DNA of 64,000 nucleotides from Peribolospora baueri (lineage: Eukaryota), in contig JAMDHS010000044.1 in assembly GCA_029717555.1 (NCBI GenBank), positions 1 to 64,000 of the forward strand, given 5' to 3'. This document shows positions 60,501 through 64,000 of this stretch, one piece after another. Every line of letters starts with the position of its first letter. Within the stretch, counting starts at the first letter, position 1. A program made the position numbers and the translations under genes. The notes below the pieces were generated by a model, which had not been told where the DNA came from, did no database searches, and worked only from the letters and a program-made list of their open reading frames with translations.

Positions 60501-61738
60501 GGCGACGGACACACGCATACGAGTTTCCGCCGACGGAGAGGCGGCGATTCCAACATGATGAGATTTTATCACTCAGCTCACAATGAAGCCAGCATAGGAA
60601 CTGGCTGCATGAGAAAAACTGTGTCTCTGATTTTTGGCGTTTCGGCTGAGCGACACGATCGCGTCTGTGCTGGGAGTGGCCGTAGCTGACACTAGCCTGT
60701 TGTTCTTCATCACAGGACCGTCGTCATCAGTCTCTGCCAGGACCTGGCGGAGTGCATGAACACTTGCGGTCCCGGCATCGTCGCCCCCACCTACCTCGAG
60801 CCCATTTGCAACCACGTCATCGAGCTGCTCGAGCAGAAGGCCATCTGCCAGCAGGACCCTGACGCGGACGAGTCGGAGGTGGTGGAGGGAGAGGACCAGG
60901 CGGAGTTCGACTCTGTACTTATCTCCGCCGCGTCTGACCTCGTCGGCGCCATGGCCTCGGTCCTCGGCCCGGACTTTGCTCAGGCGTTCCCGCACTTCTT
61001 GCCTCAGCTCACGAAGTACTACGTGAGTCTTTCCGTTCTCGTCTCACATCGTTCTCGTGCTTGCGATCTGACCAAATGTGTCGTCCTCTTCTCTCCTTTC
61101 AGTCCAAGGGCCGTTCGCTCAGCGACCGCTCGACCGCCATTGGCTCGATTGGCGAGGTGATTACGGGCATGAAGGAAGGCATCACGCAGTTCACTGAGCC
61201 TCTGCTCGAGATCATCTCTCGCGCGCTCTCCGACGACGAGGCCGAGGTGCGCTCCAATGCTGCCTTTGCCGCCGGTGTACTCGTGCAGAACTCTGGCGCC
61301 GATCTGAGTGGTCACTACATGGCCTTGCTTGGCGCCCTGCGGCCCTTCTTCGAGCGTGCGCCCGAGGAGACCACGGCGGTGCAGACGGCGCGTGACAACG
61401 CTGCGGGCGCGGTCGCTCGGCTGGTCATGCGTAACCCGAACGCTCTGCCGCTCGACCAGGTCCTGCCCGTTTTCTTCTCCGCCTTGCCGCTCAAGCAGGA
61501 CTTTGCGGAGTACGAACCCACGCTGGACTGCATCTTCAAGTTGATCCAGAGCGAGAATGCGGTGGCGCTGCAAAACATCGATCACATCCTTCAGCTTTTC
61601 GCCCATGTGCTCGCTCCTGCTCAGGCGGACCAACTTTCGCCCGCTCTCAGGGGCAAGGTGGTCGAGTTCATCAGCTATCTGAACACGGCCATGCCGGACA
61701 AGGTCCAGGCCGCTGGTCTGCAGCCGTACCTCGTCTGA
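57513..61738 (+). CDS. KAP123: Importin-beta family karyopherin Kap123 / importin-4, multi-exon
   Basis: Micro first exon ATGGAC|GT, then VRQLAAVELRK, ARVISSIA..E....WPDLLPFL, EDSPSR|LALR, AVAIEKEVAADSLGELF, EAEVRSNAAFAAG and ARDNAAGAVARL HEAT motifs. Confidence 0.9.
60550..60637 (+). ncRNA. Intronic box C/D snoRNA, snR71/SNORD29(U29)-like
   Basis: C box ATGATGA 60555-60561, guide ACTCAGCTCAC 60571-60581, D' ATGA 60583-60586, D box CTGA 60627-60630 and terminal CCAA/TTGG stem. The guide pairs with LSU rRNA GUGAGCUGGGU. Confidence 0.8.
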
Positions 61739-62120
61739 ACGGGCGGAGGCGCAGCGTGACTTTGTTCCTGAATAGATTCGGCTCTCTTCTTTCTTTGCCC
61801 TCTCCTCTCCTCTCGTACTTGCTCTTTTATAGTTTAGTCTTCTACCACCTGTCTGTCTCTCCTTACTCCTCTCGCCCTCTCTTCCGGTCCCCGATTCTGG
61901 CATCCACATAACAAAATATACCATCGACGCCATTGCACTGCGGTCGTCGTTCTCGCCCTTCCTTCTTCCCACCACCGAGATGTTGCGTTCACGTCCCGTC
62001 CCCCCCTCGTTCGCTTATTCACTCGTCGCTTTTGCAAGGCGCCGCCGTCCAACGTAGTCCTTTACGTAGATAGGCAATTCATGATTCGAAATGCACGAAC
62101 GTCGTCCGTCTTATATATCC

Positions 62121-64000
62121 TTATCCGCCCGTCTCTAGTCCTTCCTTCCACGGGCCCACTACGTCGTACACGCTCACGCCCAAGGCCTGCAGCGAGGCGA
62201 AGCATTCGACGAGTCGACGGACCTCGGAGGGGACGTCTGACGGGGGTCCTTGCCGCGCCGCGGTGGCCTCGGCGTCGGAGAAAGGCGAGGCGCGTGGCTG
62301 GCGCGCGGCGGCGAGGAGAAGCCTAGAAACGATGCGGGTGTTGCCAAACAATCTCTTGAGGTATCTATCGATGAGCACGCCGCCGGCGTGGTCGAGCCGT
62401 CGACCGCCGAAGTGTCGTCGAGCGGCGACGGTCGTGTTGGCCAGGAGGTCGATCGCCCTCTTGAGGCCCGCTCGACCGTGCCAAGGCGCGTCCCAGTTCA
62501 GGGCGGCGAGGACGGCGCGTCCGTGCATGCTAAACAGTCGGTTCACCTCGGCCGGAATGTCCTGGACGGAGCGAGACTCGAGCCAGAGCTCGACGCCTCG
62601 GTCGCCGATGATGGCGAGCGTGTCTAAGAGAAGCGCCAGGTCGCGGTCCGGACCCGACGGGTCGAAGCCGAAGCCCTTGGCGACGAGGCGGATCGCGGCC
62701 GAGCGTTGTCGACGACGTAGCCGTCCTTCTAGCGCATCGAGCTGCGCTTCGTCTTCATCCCTCTTCTTCTGGGCCTTTGTCGTTCGCCCGCTCGCAGAAG
62801 ACGGTCGCGCGTTTTGCTCCTCCGGGGAGTCGGAGTCCACGTCACTCGCTTCCGACACCGGTGGTAAGGAGGCTCGAGAAGGGAGGCAAAGAGTGAGGAG
62901 GGCGGCGAGGCAGGAGAACGCGTCGTCCATCTCATCGCAGGCGAGGTGCAGACGGACGTAGAGGTAGAGTTGCTGTGCCATCTCAAGACACTCCTCGTCC
63001 GGCGTTCTCCCAGCTCCGTCGGGGACGGGGACGGCCATGTCGATCAACTCGCTGATCCTCCGGACGAGGAGATCACCCAACGTGCTCCTTCGGCTCCGAC
63101 GTTTCGCTAGAGCATCCGTCTCCACGCAAGCCATGCCGCGGATGATCATCGGTCTGCCTCGGAGCTTGTTCGACGACGACGACGACGAGCTGCGCGTCCC
63201 GTCATCCGCTCGGTGGGACGAAGCAAACACCTGGCGAGCCATTTCTAACGGCAAGTCGCGTAGACGATGTCGAAGGCGATTGAACGCCGGATCGGGCAAG
63301 AGTCGAAGAGGAGCGGAGACGGCATGGAGGAGGGTGGTGAGGAAATGGGCGTCAGGAGCTAGGCCATGGGAATGCATGTTGGACAGGATCGTGGAGATCT
63401 GGCGTAGGAAGGCCATTAAGAGCGACTCAAAGTCGACGGGGTCGACCTGCCACACGCGCGAAGAGCGCACCACCGGGCCTGTAGCGCGGAGCTGGGTCGT
63501 CGTCGAAAGTTTGGCGGTTAGTATGGAGAGTCGGGCTTGGAGAATGCGCTGAAAGGAAAGCACGGTCGGTCGAACGCGGAAGCGAGCCATATCAGAGGCG
63601 ACGTCAACGACGAATTGCGGGTCGCCGTGCCTGAGGAAGCCGTCCATGACGGCCTCGCACAGTCCGGTCCAGCGCCCGTCGTCGGCTCCGCTCTGTCCTT
63701 GTGTGACCTTGGCCTCCTCCTGATCGCCATCCTCGTCCGTCTGCCATTCCACGGCGGCCTTCCAACCGTTCCAGAACACCTCCAAAGCCCTAGCCGATTT
63801 CTGTCGGACGGCGGCGAAGCAGAGCGACTCGTACGCATCGGGGCTGAGAAGAAAGTGACGGGCGGTGAGCATGTCGTGGAGCCAGAGAGCAAATTCGGTA
63901 GGGAGAGGGACGAGATGCTGGAGGGCGCCGCCTCGGGCCAAGTGCACGGAGACAAGGTCGCGACGACGGGTGGCCTTCTTCGTCCCCATGTCGTCCAAAA
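62121..64000 (-). CDS. Partial long ORF with degenerate PPR-like helical repeats, probably starting beyond the window
   Basis: Open for at least 625 codons. CEAVMDGFLRHGDPQFVVDVASDMARFRVRPTVLSFQRILQA and LSNMHSHGLAPDAHFLTTLLHA resemble PPR motifs. Confidence 0.6.
   Translation of the reverse strand, partial: LDDMGTKKATRRRDLVSVHLARGGALQHLVPLPTEFALWLHDMLTARHFLLSPDAYESLCFAAVRQKSARALEVFWNGWKAAVEWQTDEDGDQEEAKVTQGQSGADDGRWTGLCEAVMDGFLRHGDPQFVVDVASDMARFRVRPTVLSFQRILQARLSILTAKLSTTTQLRATGPVVRSSRVWQVDPVDFESLLMAFLRQISTILSNMHSHGLAPDAHFLTTLLHAVSAPLRLLPDPAFNRLRHRLRDLPLEMARQVFASSHRADDGTRSSSSSSSNKLRGRPMIIRGMACVETDALAKRRSRRSTLGDLLVRRISELIDMAVPVPDGAGRTPDEECLEMAQQLYLYVRLHLACDEMDDAFSCLAALLTLCLPSRASLPPVSEASDVDSDSPEEQNARPSSASGRTTKAQKKRDEDEAQLDALEGRLRRRQRSAAIRLVAKGFGFDPSGPDRDLALLLDTLAIIGDRGVELWLESRSVQDIPAEVNRLFSMHGRAVLAALNWDAPWHGRAGLKRAIDLLANTTVAARRHFGGRRLDHAGGVLIDRYLKRLFGNTRIVSRLLLAAARQPRASPFSDAEATAARQGPPSDVPSEVRRLVECFASLQALGVSVYDVVGPWKEGLETGG

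Overview
Left end of a chromosome from an intron-rich, GC-rich fungus, most likely a basidiomycete. The window opens with about 105 bp of (CCCTAA)n telomere. A short subtelomere of about 4 kb follows, holding an open frame cut by the telomere, an inverted TTAGGG tract bracketed by an 8-bp direct repeat, two small tandem duplications, an intronless APH/choline-kinase-family gene and a Tad1-like LINE fragment. The rest is mostly conserved spliced housekeeping genes: CCZ1, RFC3, an ADH6-like dehydrogenase, tRNA-Asp, RPL7, SNX41/ATG20, ELMO, Con7, a flavin reductase-like gene, VMA12, an Ssr4-like gene, THOC1, BFR2, a GH93-like gene, PMS1, PIF1, KAP123 and a partial PPR-like gene. Decayed Gypsy and probable L1-clade relics lie between them. 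The best-supported hidden signals are a snR71/SNORD29-like box C/D snoRNA in a KAP123 intron and a duplicate of the RFC3 start/promoter that brackets the dehydrogenase gene. The unusual terminal cassette is the most open question. Gene models were spliced by eye and families were assigned from recalled motifs, with no database searches. No new multi-gene system is proven.
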